Source of the DNA: Mytilus edulis
Taxonomy: Eukaryota
Length of the DNA: 64,000 nt
NCBI RefSeq assembly: GCF_963676685.1
Contig: NC_092353.1
Location: 67,952,001 to 68,016,000 of the forward strand
Direction: 5' to 3'
Position 1 is the first letter of the stretch. Each line of letters begins with the position of its first letter. This document shows, one piece after another, positions 49,476 to 62,086 of the stretch. The translations under genes and the position numbers were made by a program. Under the pieces are notes generated by a model. That model worked only from the letters and a program-made list of their open reading frames with translations, was not told the DNA's origin and did no database searches.

Positions 49476-50224
49476 AAACTAGAGGCTCTAAAGAGCCTGT
49501 GTCGCTCACCTTGGTCTATGTGAATATTAAACAAAGGAAGCAGATGGATTCATGACAAAAATGTGTTTTGGTGATGGAAATGTGATTGTACATCTTACTT
49601 TACTGAACATTCTTGCTGCTTACAATTATCTCTATCTATAATGAACTTGGCCTAGTAGTTTCAGTGGAAAATGTTAGTAAAAATTTACCAATGACTACTA
49701 AGGACAATAACTCCTTAGGGGGTCGATTGACCATTTCGTTCATGTTGACTTATTTGTAAATCTTACTATGCTGAACATTATTGCTGTTTACAGTTTATCT
49801 TTATCTATAATAATATTCAAGATAATAACCAAAAACAGCAAAATTTCCTTAAAATTACCAATTCAGGGGCAGCAACCCAACAAAGGATTGTCCGATTCAT
49901 CTGAAAATTTCAGGGCAGATAGATCTTGTCCTGATAAACAGATTAATTTTGCTCTAAATGCTTTGGTTTTTTGAGTTATAAGCCAAAAACTGCATTTTAC
50001 CCCTATGTTCTATTTTTAGTCATGGTGGCCATCTCGGTTGGTTGGCCGGGTCACCGGACACGTTTTTAAACTAGATACCCCAATGATGATTGTCGCCAAG
50101 TTTGGTTTAATTTGGCCCAGAAGTTTCAGAGGAGAATATTTTTGTAAAAGTTAACGACGACGGACGACGGACGCAAAGTGATGGGTAAAGCTCACTTGGC
50201 CCTTTGGGCCAGGTGATCTAAAAA
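49476..50224 (-). mobile_element. Helentron-associated (HINE-like) element
   Basis: Terminal hairpin AGGCTCTAAAGAGCCT after AACTAG; subterminal inverted GCTCACCT/AGGTGA motifs; GACG microsatellite; end stem-loop TGGCCCTTTGGGCCA. Confidence 0.75.
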
Positions 50225-51946
50225 AGAAAACTTGTTAAATTCGTCAATTAAGAAAAATAAAACTTCTCGTTAACACATGACCAGTACTGAACCATTTCCG
50301 GTCATTATCGCACCCTGGTGGATAATGACGTTTAAAGTCTTTAACATTTCTAAAACAATAACTGAAACCAAGCAAAATGTACTTTCTTGAAAGTGAATTT
50401 TAATGAACTGTTGAAATTATAAGATTTATTGATTACTTGTTGGTGTTTAATGCAACTTTCATCACTTTTGGCTATAATATTATAGTGGATGTCAGCTTTT
50501 GATTGCCCAAACGCTAAAAATAATTGTCAATCAAAACTACAAAATGTATTGAAAAATGTAATTTTAAATTAGAAAAATGTGAAATTATAAAAAAAATCGT
50601 TCTCATTTTTTTCTGCATTGGCATAAGCCAAGACTAAGTTAACTTAAGCTACAGTACCTTTTAAAAAAAATCCTAATCCTCCAGGTATGATATATTTTAT
50701 TTTTCCCCATTTGAAACGTCCAAGCACAAGATAAAAATCACCACTGTTTAATACAATGTCCCAACTTGCCATAATGAATATCCTACCAATGAGTGTTTAA
50801 TTAATAATATGTTCACACTAATTTATACTTCTCACCCTAGCCTGCATGTCAATCACAGTAAAAATTTGACCCTTCTCTTGAAAACAGCCGGTATTTGACA
50901 CGCCCACATCGGTCTAGATGTGTACTTTGAAATAATCGTCGATTTTATAATTCCACCATGGTTTTCCTAATTTAAAATGTGTTCTTTTTATTTCTTTCAA
51001 TGCTTATGATATCCGATGCCGTATTTAGCGACAGCGAAGATGAGACAGAAAAGGGACAGGTATGTATAATTTTATTTCAACTTATTTTCAAATTAAAATC
51101 GTTATCATGGCGAATGTACGCATAATATGATATACACTTTATGAAAAAAAAGCAATAAAGGTTACGTTCAAGTGCGTAAACAAGAATTACCATTCCTTAA
51201 AACCACAAAGGAATTTCCAATATTGCAAACGTGTATTTTCAGCACATTTTTCATTCCACGCATGTATCTATTTTCTCCCCGAGTGTGATAGATATATGAT
51301 ATATGTACATGTGTACATTGTCGGAAAATATACAACTTATGTGTATGAGCATTCGAAACATGACGAAAAACTAACTTCGCCGAGCTTTTCTCAGACTCGT
51401 AGCAAGTACTTATATTTGTTTTCTCCGAAAATAAACGTATATTATTTTTATCCTGAAATTTACACCATTCACTTGAAATTTTAGTTGTATAAAATCTAAA
51501 AAAATTGTCCCTTATTTTTCAAAGAATTTGACATGTAGCTTAACGCGGACCCCAAAAATTAACTGTTACGTAAAAAAAGGAATATCCGCATTACCGCTCG
51601 TTCAATATGGAAGTCGGACAACAGAACATTAATTTGAACAAGTATAAATAAAGCAACAACAAAAATATTAGTGTACCTGTTGTTTGTACAATAGTTGGCT
51701 GATTGCAGGATAAAGGAAATATAATATAAGCGAATATACAAACACCGTTTAACTTTATTTAAAAACGTTGATCGATTAACTGATAATTGCATGCTTAACG
51801 TTTAGTTGCATGTTTTTGAAATACAAAAAAGTAGCAGTTTATACTGTATAGCTGTCCATTATTAAGTATCCTTCAAGGCAACGTATTTATTCGTATACTA
51901 GATAACATTTTACAAATAGAACTAGACAGATGCATCTTATACTATA

Positions 51947-52252
51947 TAAGGGATCCTCCATTTAATTTTTATGGGGGGGAAGGGGGGGGGGGGTGCTAGG
52001 ATGAAATTTGAAAAAAATAGGCAGGACAGGAGTTTTGAGTTAAAAAAAAAAAAAGGCAGGATGAGACACTTGCAAAAAAGTCAGGATGACAATTTATGTA
52101 AAAAAAGTCAGGATAAACTAAGAAAAAAAAAGCAGGACCGGATAAAGTGAAAAATAAAAAGGCAGGACAGAGATTAAAACTAAAAAAAAATGCAGGAAAA
52201 GATTTTTCATCCTAGCCCCCCCCCCCCCCCCCTACCCCCCCCCCCCCCCCCA
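51947..52252. mobile_element. MITE-like element with poly-G/poly-C inverted ends and CAGGA/A-tract array
   Basis: G-tract+GCTAGGATGAAA ... TTTCATCCTAGC+C-tract; seven CAGGA motifs separated by A-tracts. Confidence 0.65.
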
Positions 52253-54077
52253 CCGTCAAGTTTTAAATGTGTCTAATGTAATTTTATTTTGTTTTAATCT
52301 TTAATGAGGTCTTAAATTATTGATGTTATTGCATTTGTCTATCGGTTGTCCTTAATTTGCACACAGCAACAGTTAAAATAAAAATAAGAATGGTTATGAA
52401 TAAAGGAGGAATAAAGGTAAAACAATTAGACTGCCAAAATCATCCGTGAGCTAATATAAAAAAAAAGGGCATTGAAAATTTGGCGGGAAATCATTCTCTC
52501 TATATTTTTCATACATTTAACATTTGCACCTTTTTTCTTACAAAAACTTTTAAAAAAATAACAAGGATTTTATTAGATTTTTAAATAGAACTTTGTGTAA
52601 TAACATTATGAAAATATATAAAAGTAGGGGTTAGCGGGCAAAATATTTTGGGAAAGTACATAGAAAAAACCCAGAGGATTTCGAATATCTTGCAAAAATC
52701 CTAAAAACAACATGAATAAACATCCTAAGACGCTTAAAAAACGTTTTACTCACTTACAATGTACAAACGATTTTTATGAATAAATGTATAAATACGAATA
52801 AGCATAGAGTATTACATGGTATTCATTTGTTCCGCTCTTTAACGAATGGCCAGTTTAGGTGCATGTATAATGAACCTATCTGGTTTTCCAGATTTTTGTA
52901 TACTAGTATACATAATTGTTTATTTATGATTACGATAAAATAGCTCGTGTTTGTATCATAATATGTTTACTGTCTCAGACGCGAGATGTGGTAATGTTGT
53001 TATAATTTTTACTACAAGCTTTAACTTGAGTTTTCATCGCAGATAAAGATCAGTAATTTTACATTTACAAAGATTCGTTCGTTCATTAGAAACTATATTA
53101 TCTCTGACATATATCAATACAATAACTAGTAATCGACTTGTCAATTGGTTTTACATTTTACATCATCTGAAAGGTGTATGCACTACACCACTCCTTTATT
53201 CAGCTACACAAGAAAGATCCCATGTGGTTTGATTCTTCAACTGCCCGGAAACGTTTAATATTAAATGATATCCGTGTTATAAAATGAATGAAAGCTAGTG
53301 TATATATGAGTGGTTTACTATTTTCGACTTTAAAACTATTTCCATTAAACAACCATCTATGATGCATAATACATGTAATACTGTGCTAGCTATCAAACAC
53401 ATACAAAACAAAAGCGTAAGAAAACTAACTATTATTTACGGTATTAAACTTTTTTCAGAGAAATTTTATCTATATAATATCATGGTAAAACAGCATAATT
53501 AATTTTTGGGATGTTTTATAGTAATTAGTCTAGATCTGATGTGTGACATGGCACAGTATTTAAAAAAAAAAAATGAACAGAACGACTGATGAAGATATTA
53601 CATGTAAAGAATAAATATATGACGACATGTTTTTTTTTCATAACTATTACTTTTATGTATGCACGTTTTTTAAAATTAGTGTTATAAAATAGTTATTCTA
53701 AGTTAAATGTTGTTGGGTTTGTTTTTTTTTTGCGTAGATTTAACATAACAAATCACTGCATTGTGTGCAAAGTGGCGCAAAAGCATTACAATAAAGCGGT
53801 CGTAAGGATTTACAGGCTACCCGTAGGTCTTTAACAATGAGAAAAAAATATCACATACTATACTCATGGTCGATTCAACAAAACTTAATCTTCTTTTCTG
53901 TATTTTGAAAATATATATATTGAATAAAATTAAGGGATATCGAGATGAAAAATATGATCGAATGGAGCTATAGATTGTTTAAAAATAATTTAGATTTAAA
54001 AACTCGTTGGAAACGCTTTACTTCATTCAAAAAACAAATGCATACATTTTACGAACTGGACTCGACGATCTTTCAAA

Positions 54078-54771
54078 TCGTTCCCTCAAGATACTATGTT
54101 GTTCCCACAAGATAAATATCTCGTTTCCTAAAGATGATATGTCGTTCCCTCAAGATGTTATGTTGTTCCCCCAAGATAGTCATCTTGTTCCCTCAAGATG
54201 ATATGTCGTTCCCTCAAGAGATCATGTCGTTCCCTCAAGATATTATGTCTTTCCCTCAAGAAACGATGTTTTCCCCTCAAGATGATATGTCGTTCCCTCA
54301 AGATGCTATGTTGTTCCCTCAAGATAGTTATCTCGTTCCTTCAACATAGCAATATCAATACAATGTTAAAACTATGTTGAGGGAACAACATAGTATTTTG
54401 AGGAAACGACATAATAACATGAGGAAACGACATAACATCTTGAGGGAACAACATAGTATCTTGAGGGAACGACATAGCATCTTGAGGGAACAACATAACA
54501 TCTTGAAGGAACAACATAGTATCTTGAGGGAACGACATAACATCTTGAGGGAACAACATAGTATCTTGAGGGAACGACATAGCATCTTGAGGGAACAACA
54601 TAACATCTTGAAGGAACGACATAGTATCTTGAGGGAACGACATAATATCTTGTGGGAACGACATAGTATCTTAAGTGAACGACATAGCATCTTGAGGGAA
54701 CGAGATAGCTATCTTGTGGGAAGGACATATCATCTTGAAGGAACGACATAGTATCATGAGGGAACAACATA
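54078..54771. repeat. Two 21-bp minisatellite arrays in inverted orientation
   Basis: About 13 units of ATGTCGTTCCCTCAAGATNNT (54078-54348), a short spacer, then about 19 reverse-complement units (54372-54771). Confidence 0.92.
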
Positions 54772-54961
54772 TTTTTTTTCTTTCATGTTCGCATTCTGCC
54801 ACCGTAGTTTCATGACCAAACTACAATCTGAATGTTTTTTTTTTAATTGATATACATATTTAGACTAACTTAAAGACCTTATTGCTAAACAATTGATAAT
54901 TCAATAAAAGGCTATTGTTACAGTTTTCAGTCATGATTTACCTCAAAATTTAGTGAGTCAG

Positions 54962-55847
54962 GGGCCTGGTTTTCGAAAGTATCTTATGACTAAGACATGT
55001 CTTATGATGGTCTTATGACATGTCATAGTCGTAAGATATGTTTTCGAAAGTGTCCTAAGTTACGAATTGTCATAACTTTTGTGGTAAACTTAAGACCCCT
55101 CGCGACATGACTTATGATGGTCTTATGATTGTAAACTAAAATTTTAATTACTTTTCATGTTTAATTTCATGTTAATTGCAATACAAATATTTGTTGTGTA
55201 TCTCAGTTAGCTTAATAGTAAGGATTTTATTTTTCTCAACTACGTGAACTAAAATTTGAATCTCCTGCGACATATAATTTTGAATTCTTTTCTAATAGTC
55301 ATGGTTTTGTATAATACATATACATATTACTTAGTTCCTAGTATAGTTAATAGAACCAGAGACATATATATGTCTCTGATAGAACTATATCAACGTATGT
55401 GCACGGGCATTTCGATAAGCGGGTACTCGATGTACCGAATCTAAAAAGTATTCACATTTAAAAAAAAGTATGATTATACACGAAAACGAAGTTCAAGTTT
55501 ATTATTTATCACAAACTAATTTTTAACAAATTTTCAAGTCAAATATCAATTCCTTTTTATATAAAATTTCATGTCCATTATATGAAAGAAATAAAATATT
55601 CGTAAATATTAATATGTTCATACTTTTCATTTTAATTTTTATATTTATCACTTTTTAATCATTACTTAAAATATTAGAAAATATTGTTCACTTATGACAG
55701 TCATAAGAGCACCAAAGCTACGACTCTCTTAAGACAGCTTTGATTTACATCCTATGACATATCATACGATAGTCATACGATGATCATAAAATATGTCCTA
55801 AGATATATCTTATGACATATCTTATGATACTTTCGAAAACCAGGCCC
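54962..55847. mobile_element. PIF/Harbinger-type MITE
   Basis: 22-bp perfect TIRs GGGCCTGGTTTTCGAAAGTATC; 3-bp TSD CAG (54959-54961, 55848-55850); subterminal CTTATGAY repeats. Confidence 0.88.
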
Positions 55848-56613
55848 CAGGACTCTAAATTTTTGTTGAATAATAAATGTTTGAATACAATATATATATA
55901 TCTATCTTTATAAGCCTCTTTTCGTGCTTTTAGTTTGTGAGAAATAGTGAACAAAATTAATAAGAACAAATAACACATTATACGTTTTTAGTAAGTTTAG
56001 GTAATTTTTTTTAACATTATACTTTTGTAAACTCCATGGTATATAATGCTACTTTGATAAAATATAATCTCCAAAGTCATGAAATAGTAAATACAGAAAT
56101 GGTTTGATCCTTTTGGTAATTCGGTATTTTACAGATAAATGCATGGATTCAATTTTACAGTCAACATTACGCTTTCAAAATGACAGCAGAAATCACTATT
56201 CCGTTGAAGCCTTTGCGATTTTTTTTTTATTTTCAAGCGTCATAAGTTTATTTGTCTCTATAGATTTGACCACAATGTTTATCTAGAAACAATATTTAAC
56301 TTATTAAAACTGCAAGTATTCTGCATGTATGATTTATTTCTCATGCCATAGTTTATTAATTTAGAAATATTTACATAGCCATGCAGTAGTGAACAGACAA
56401 TTTGTGTAGTAATCAATCCTCCTGAGAAAATAAAATGACCAACGATTGCATGATAGTTATTAAGTAATGTACGAGATAACTAATGACCGCAAAATCTGAA
56501 GTTTATCCCAACAAATTCCCATCTGCTAATTCCTCAATGTCTTGTTTCATGATTTACATGAACGATCAGATTCAGTATAATTATTTCCGGAGTTACTAAC
56601 ATGACTGACATGT

Positions 56614-56921
56614 TTAACCCCGCCACATTATTTATGTGTGTGCCTGTCCCAAGTCAGGAGCCTGTAATTCAGTGGTTGTCGTTTGTTTATGTGTTACATA
56701 TTTGTTTTCATTAATTTTTTGACATAAATAAGGCCGTTAGTTTTCTCGTTTGAATTGTTTTACATTGTCTTATCGGGGACTTTTATAGCTGACTATGCGG
56801 TATGGGCTTTGTTCATTGTTGAAGGCCGTACGGTGACCTATAGTTGTTAATGTGTGTGTCATTTTGGTATTTTGTGGATAGTTGTGTCATTGGTAATCAT
56901 ACCACATCTTCTTTTTTATAT
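56614..56921 (+). repeat. Near-complete copy of an abundant ~300-bp dispersed repeat
   Basis: TTTAACCCCGCCACAT...GTCAGGAGCCTG...ATACCACATCTTC; fragments recur at ~7140, 27640, 29605, 43690, 45430-46100 and 60130. Confidence 0.75.
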
Positions 56922-58076
56922 TCTCACTAAACATGCTCAGTATACAATATATGTTATTTCAATTGAACACAACACTACTGCACAAAAACAAATGCAAAAT
57001 AAAACCGCGAAGAGCCTTAGGCCGCCATCATCGTCATTGTATTTAACTAAAATATTTAAGTTATAATATGAAATCTACTTCAACATAATATGCTACGAAA
57101 TGAGGCCTGTATGGTTTATTGCTTAGGGCTACGTAACGTTTTCCCTTGACCCAAAATTATCCAGTTATGCAGGGTTCTGTTCGAAGAATGAAACCAAAGT
57201 ACTGAAATACTGAAAATCGGATGACCGCAAGTTCTTGTGAATGGTCCGAGAAGCACTTGTCTCAGAAAAAACCCCATATCTATACCTGAAAATGAGGTTT
57301 TATGTGCAGATATAATTTTTTTCTTGGACAAGTTCGTGCGTAGATAAATTAATGACAGGGAATTCATCCTCACCGTAATGACTATTCTATTGAAGTACGT
57401 GATACAAATCCGTATAATTACTCAGGTATATTATTGTTATATAGTATATTAATACTTGTATATTACAGTTACGTGTATTTTCATTGTATATCATTCTATT
57501 CTTCTATATTAATAATAGTGCAGTGCTAGTGCATGGTTGAGTTATCGTTGCTTAAGATTGCAAACGTTCTTGAGATATTCTACCGCATGCGTGTGCATAT
57601 TTATTTTAAATGATTTTTCATTAAATGTTTATACGTATAACAAAACATTTTAATATTATTAATTTATCTTTTTAAAAAAAGTATGTGATGAGTATTCATT
57701 GAAGAAATGGAATATAAGTTTGCACTTGATGATGTCTTCATCATGTTTATAGATCGGTTCAAAAAACCAAAACGAATATTACGTAATGGAAATCTAGGCG
57801 ATAGCAATACACCGGAATGCCCTCATCCGCTGTAAAAATTGATAATTTACAACACCTGGCATTCTTGACCTTGAAATACATTTTAAAGAAACTATATCTA
57901 TACACACAGAAATACAAAAGTAGCTGTCAATCACAGCATGTATTCCGAGGATTTATTATAGGTGAAGCAATACGGCAAATAAGAAATATAAGTGGCCATA
58001 ACAAATCAATAAACGATGTAACTAATGTCAAAGTGAAATTATTAGATAGGGGTTATTATAACGTCTAAATATGTGA

Positions 58077-58372
58077 AATAAAATTGAGAATGGAAATGGG
58101 AAATGTGTCAAAGAGACAACAACCCGACCAAATAAAAAAACAACAGCAGAAGGTCACCAACAGGTCTTCAATGTAGCGAGAAATTACCGCACCCGGAGGC
58201 GTCCTTCAGCTGGCCCCTAAACAAATATATGCTAGTTCAGTGATAATGAACGCCATACTAATTTCCAAATTGTACACAAGAAACTAAAATTAAAATAATA
58301 CAAGACTAACAAAGGCCAGAGGCTCCTGACTTGGGACAGGCGCAAAAATGCGGCGGGTTTAAACATGTTTGT
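58077..58372 (+). repeat. Dispersed repeat copy (AATAAAATTGAGAATGGAAATGGG family)
   Basis: Start matches the reverse complement of 84-138 and the fragment near 9400; end shares the CTCCTGACTTGGGACAGG motif with the 56.6-kb repeat. Confidence 0.65.
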
Positions 58373-60337
58373 ATTTATATTGATGCTTTTTATCAATTGA
58401 CGTAGTGAACTATTACAACAAAACAAATCGAAACAAAAAAAATATTCGGTTTTAATGATCTTTAAAAACTAAATATAACCCATATACATGTATACGTAAG
58501 ATTAAGAAAAGTAAGTACTAAGTAAGTAAATTTTGTTTAGGGTCGGCTTATATATACACAATAACAGACAAAACATGAGCTCTGACTACTGATGCTAAAT
58601 TTGGTTGATTATGATATAGGGAATTACTGAAGCAGGACCGGAGCGGGCCCCCTCTTAGGCAGTCAGTGGGCCCCGGCTTGTGAAAAATTCTGGATCTGCC
58701 ACTGATCAATGGTATAGTGTTTCATGTATACAAACCTTTGGATATGATAATTAGGTGCAAATGTCAAAATAATCGGATTTATAGCATCTATGACTAGCAT
58801 CAGTGGAAATACTACATTAGAATAATAGAGATTAATTAGTTTGACAAATAGCTAATGCATTTACAAGTCGACTGTGGTTTAACCGCATTAAAAATAAATA
58901 CTGGCATCTGATTTGTTTCAGATACTTCTGATATTATCAAGCAAGTGATAATATGAACCCATAATTGATATTTGAATTTATCAACTATTATATATCATGT
59001 AGCAAGAAATTTTAACCTATTCCAGCGGCCCATTCCTGTCACTCATTGCATAGTAAGTGCCCACTCTCCACCCCCGAGTAAACTTAAAGCATATCTTACG
59101 ATATCATTTTATTAATGATTTTATATTAGACATTGACCATTCATTTTTTGTGGAGGTGGAGGCGGCAAGAACTTTTTAAATAATTATTGTGGGTTCCCAT
59201 TGAAAATAACAGGATTTAAAAACAAAATTGTTCATATTGAGATAAAAATCGAATGTCGAAAAAAATGATAGTCCGAGAATCAAAAATTCCTTAACACGCA
59301 TGATAGTAACTACTTTCACAACGAGAGGATTTCCCTCAATAATCGTGGTTAATCCTTTAATAACAGATAGAAACTATTCCAATCAAAATGTACAAATGCA
59401 TTAATTATTTTGTTTATATAAAAGCTTTAAGAAGTAGGCACTTCACATCGGTGTTAATATTTACGCACCCAGTGGCAAGTTGTCATAAATCACGCACTAT
59501 GAAGCTGGGGTTATAAAACGATTTTTTTTTGCCACAGACATTTTATGAAGATAATATGGTATTCAAAATTAAAACTATGATTAATTTAATTGATCGATGT
59601 GTGCAGCCGATATGTTTTATTACTAGATGCTTCGTTCACTCTGCATTGTCATAAAAGGAAAATTAACATAGTTTACTCAGACCTAATAGGCCTCAAAAGA
59701 ATTTTCTACTCTTTGCGTGATACTTTTTTTATTGCATAATTGATAGGCATGGGATATACTTTTATTAAGTACAAATTGCGTTAAAAAAAGCAACAGCAAC
59801 CTATATTTTTTTTTTACTAAAACATACTACAATTTTCTTTAATACGGTTTCGTTCTTAAAATCAACATTCAAAGGCTGCCTAAGACATGTACTAAAAAAA
59901 AATGGCGATGGTCAGTTTATTTTGCTGTTGAGCATAGTTTACAAAGTCATTGCATATCGGTTTTCTTTAATAAAATAAAATAAATATATTTGGGCTAGTG
60001 AACAGGATAAAGAAGAAAAAACGGATTACTTTTGAAAAGTCACAAAATACATTCTCATGTTGTACCGTTGTACCACTGCCCCAGGTTAGGGGAGGATTAT
60101 GATCCCGTGAACATGATTACCCACCCCCCACCCCCCCATTATGTATGTATGTGCCTGTTCCATGTCAGGAGCCTGTAATTCAGTGGTTGTCGTTTTTTTA
60201 TGGGTTACATATTTGTTTTTATGAATTATGACATGTGAGAAGCAAAATGTATGTTTAACACGCATATTCATTAGAATATTTTTTGTATGGAGCGCGAGAG
60301 GGTCAAAAAGCGGAATTGAGTATTGTGTTATTCAAAA

Positions 60338-60958
60338 TCAATTTCTCGACCATGCTTTCATGGCATCACTTAAGTATTGGCAGGCACACCAGCAGCTGCC
60401 CTTAGTCAATGCACTACTGTTGTGGCCACAAAAAACTTGTCCCGTGTTGACGTAAAGCGAATGTAGCGCTCCTCCCTTGACGATGGTTGTTTTTGGTCTA
60501 CGACATATTGACCTATCCAGTGCTGTTTGTTGATAACTGTTTTTTAGTCTATAAACTGTTGACTTATGCACATTAAATCGATCCACTACGTCAGTAACAC
60601 TCATGCAAGCATCAACCATTCCAAGAGCCATCTGACGGTCATTTTCGGAGAGGCCTGGTTGACGCCCCATGCAATTTTTTCAAACGTTTATGTGTTTTTC
60701 TTACCAATGGTGTGTTTCTGAACGTTAGTGCAAAAACAAATTAAATTTCGTCTTAAAAGTACAGGTACAGAAGGTAAAACATCAATTACACGCGCAAAGC
60801 TAAAATGGCGCAAAATCAATCACCTGGAAAAAAGTACGACTGCTTAAAAATACAGGTAATACTAAGGATTATATCAATGATGTTTATTAAAAAAAAATCC
60901 AGAAACAACCAAAAAAATTAAAAAAAAAAGTGTTGCTAAACTTTTTTGGCTCAGTATA
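60338..60958 (-). mobile_element. Truncated Tc1/mariner element with transposase HTH fragment
   Basis: ORF 60670-60338 MGRQPGLSENDRQMALGMVDACMSVTDVVDRFNVHKSTVYRLKNSYQQT...RRPKTT is typical of the Tc1 paired-like HTH; terminus-like TATACTGAGCCAAAAAAG on the minus strand at ~60958; no DDE domain. Confidence 0.75.
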
Positions 60959-62086
60959 GGTTAATTTAATTATTAAGGAATTGTTTAATCATGTCATTGT
61001 TTTAATGTCATTTACAATGATTATTTTATTTGACGACACATTTGTTCTGCTATTTTACACACGATTATCTCTGCCTTTGCCTTTACCTGTATTGATTTAT
61101 TTGAAATAGAAAAGCATGTATTTCATAATCATAAATGATAAATTTATAGAAACCACCATTGCAGAGTGCTGGAATGTGACAAGAGTTCAATGCCACCAAA
61201 TATTACAATTATAGATCACCACACAGCCTTCAACAATGAGTAAAATCAATGTCCATAATCAGCTATAAATATTACAAAACAACAATGCAAATATAGAACA
61301 ATTCAAACTAGAAAATTTCAAATAGCCCTCAGTAGAAATGATCCGAAATAGTGCGATACACAGATTATCAGTTTTGTGCATACATAATTATATTGACTGA
61401 AAAGATTCACATTATGACTGACTAAATTATGCTATTACTAGATAGTAATATCTATTAAACCGATTATCTTTACTTTTCCACTTTAAGGATGAACTACATA
61501 TTAAGTTCATGGTTAATCATGAAGAGACATAAAAAAAGAAATATCATTTTTTTTTGGTTATCTGTTAGAAGTCAAGCCTACTAAAATGGTACAGCCTCGG
61601 TGGTTTAGTATTCTTATAGAATATTTTGCATTATAATTGAATATAAAATCTATGAAAAATTTATATGTGTTTACATGCATACGTATGTGTTTAAGTCGAC
61701 TTCTGCGGGTGTCTGGGACATTCTTAATACAATGTATCTTGATATACAAAAAGCAACATGGATTTCAACCAATATTTTGTCTTTTCATAATTAATATCGA
61801 AGTTTAATTCGGTTATGTTACAAATATAGCATATACCATACCACATCAAGAAGGGGGAAAACATTACAACTACGATGACAAAACAACTAGAAGCAACACG
61901 GTAGGGAGGAATAACACATATTAGTGTGTATGTTCATTGGACATACTGTACTTGCTAAGGCAGTATTATATACTTGCAATTATTTTAGTCAGCTACAGCT
62001 ATTTAGTGGACAACAAACTCCTGTTTTGACACATCAAGTAATGAATGAGCAAGATAAATAAAATAACATGTTTATAATTTTTGCAG

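Noticed and set aside
54007-54770. Six overlapping repetitive ORFs (SFPQD, LCRSLK, YVVPSR, LREQH repeats)
   Set aside because: Artefact of a 21-bp (7-codon) minisatellite that is open in several frames on both strands.
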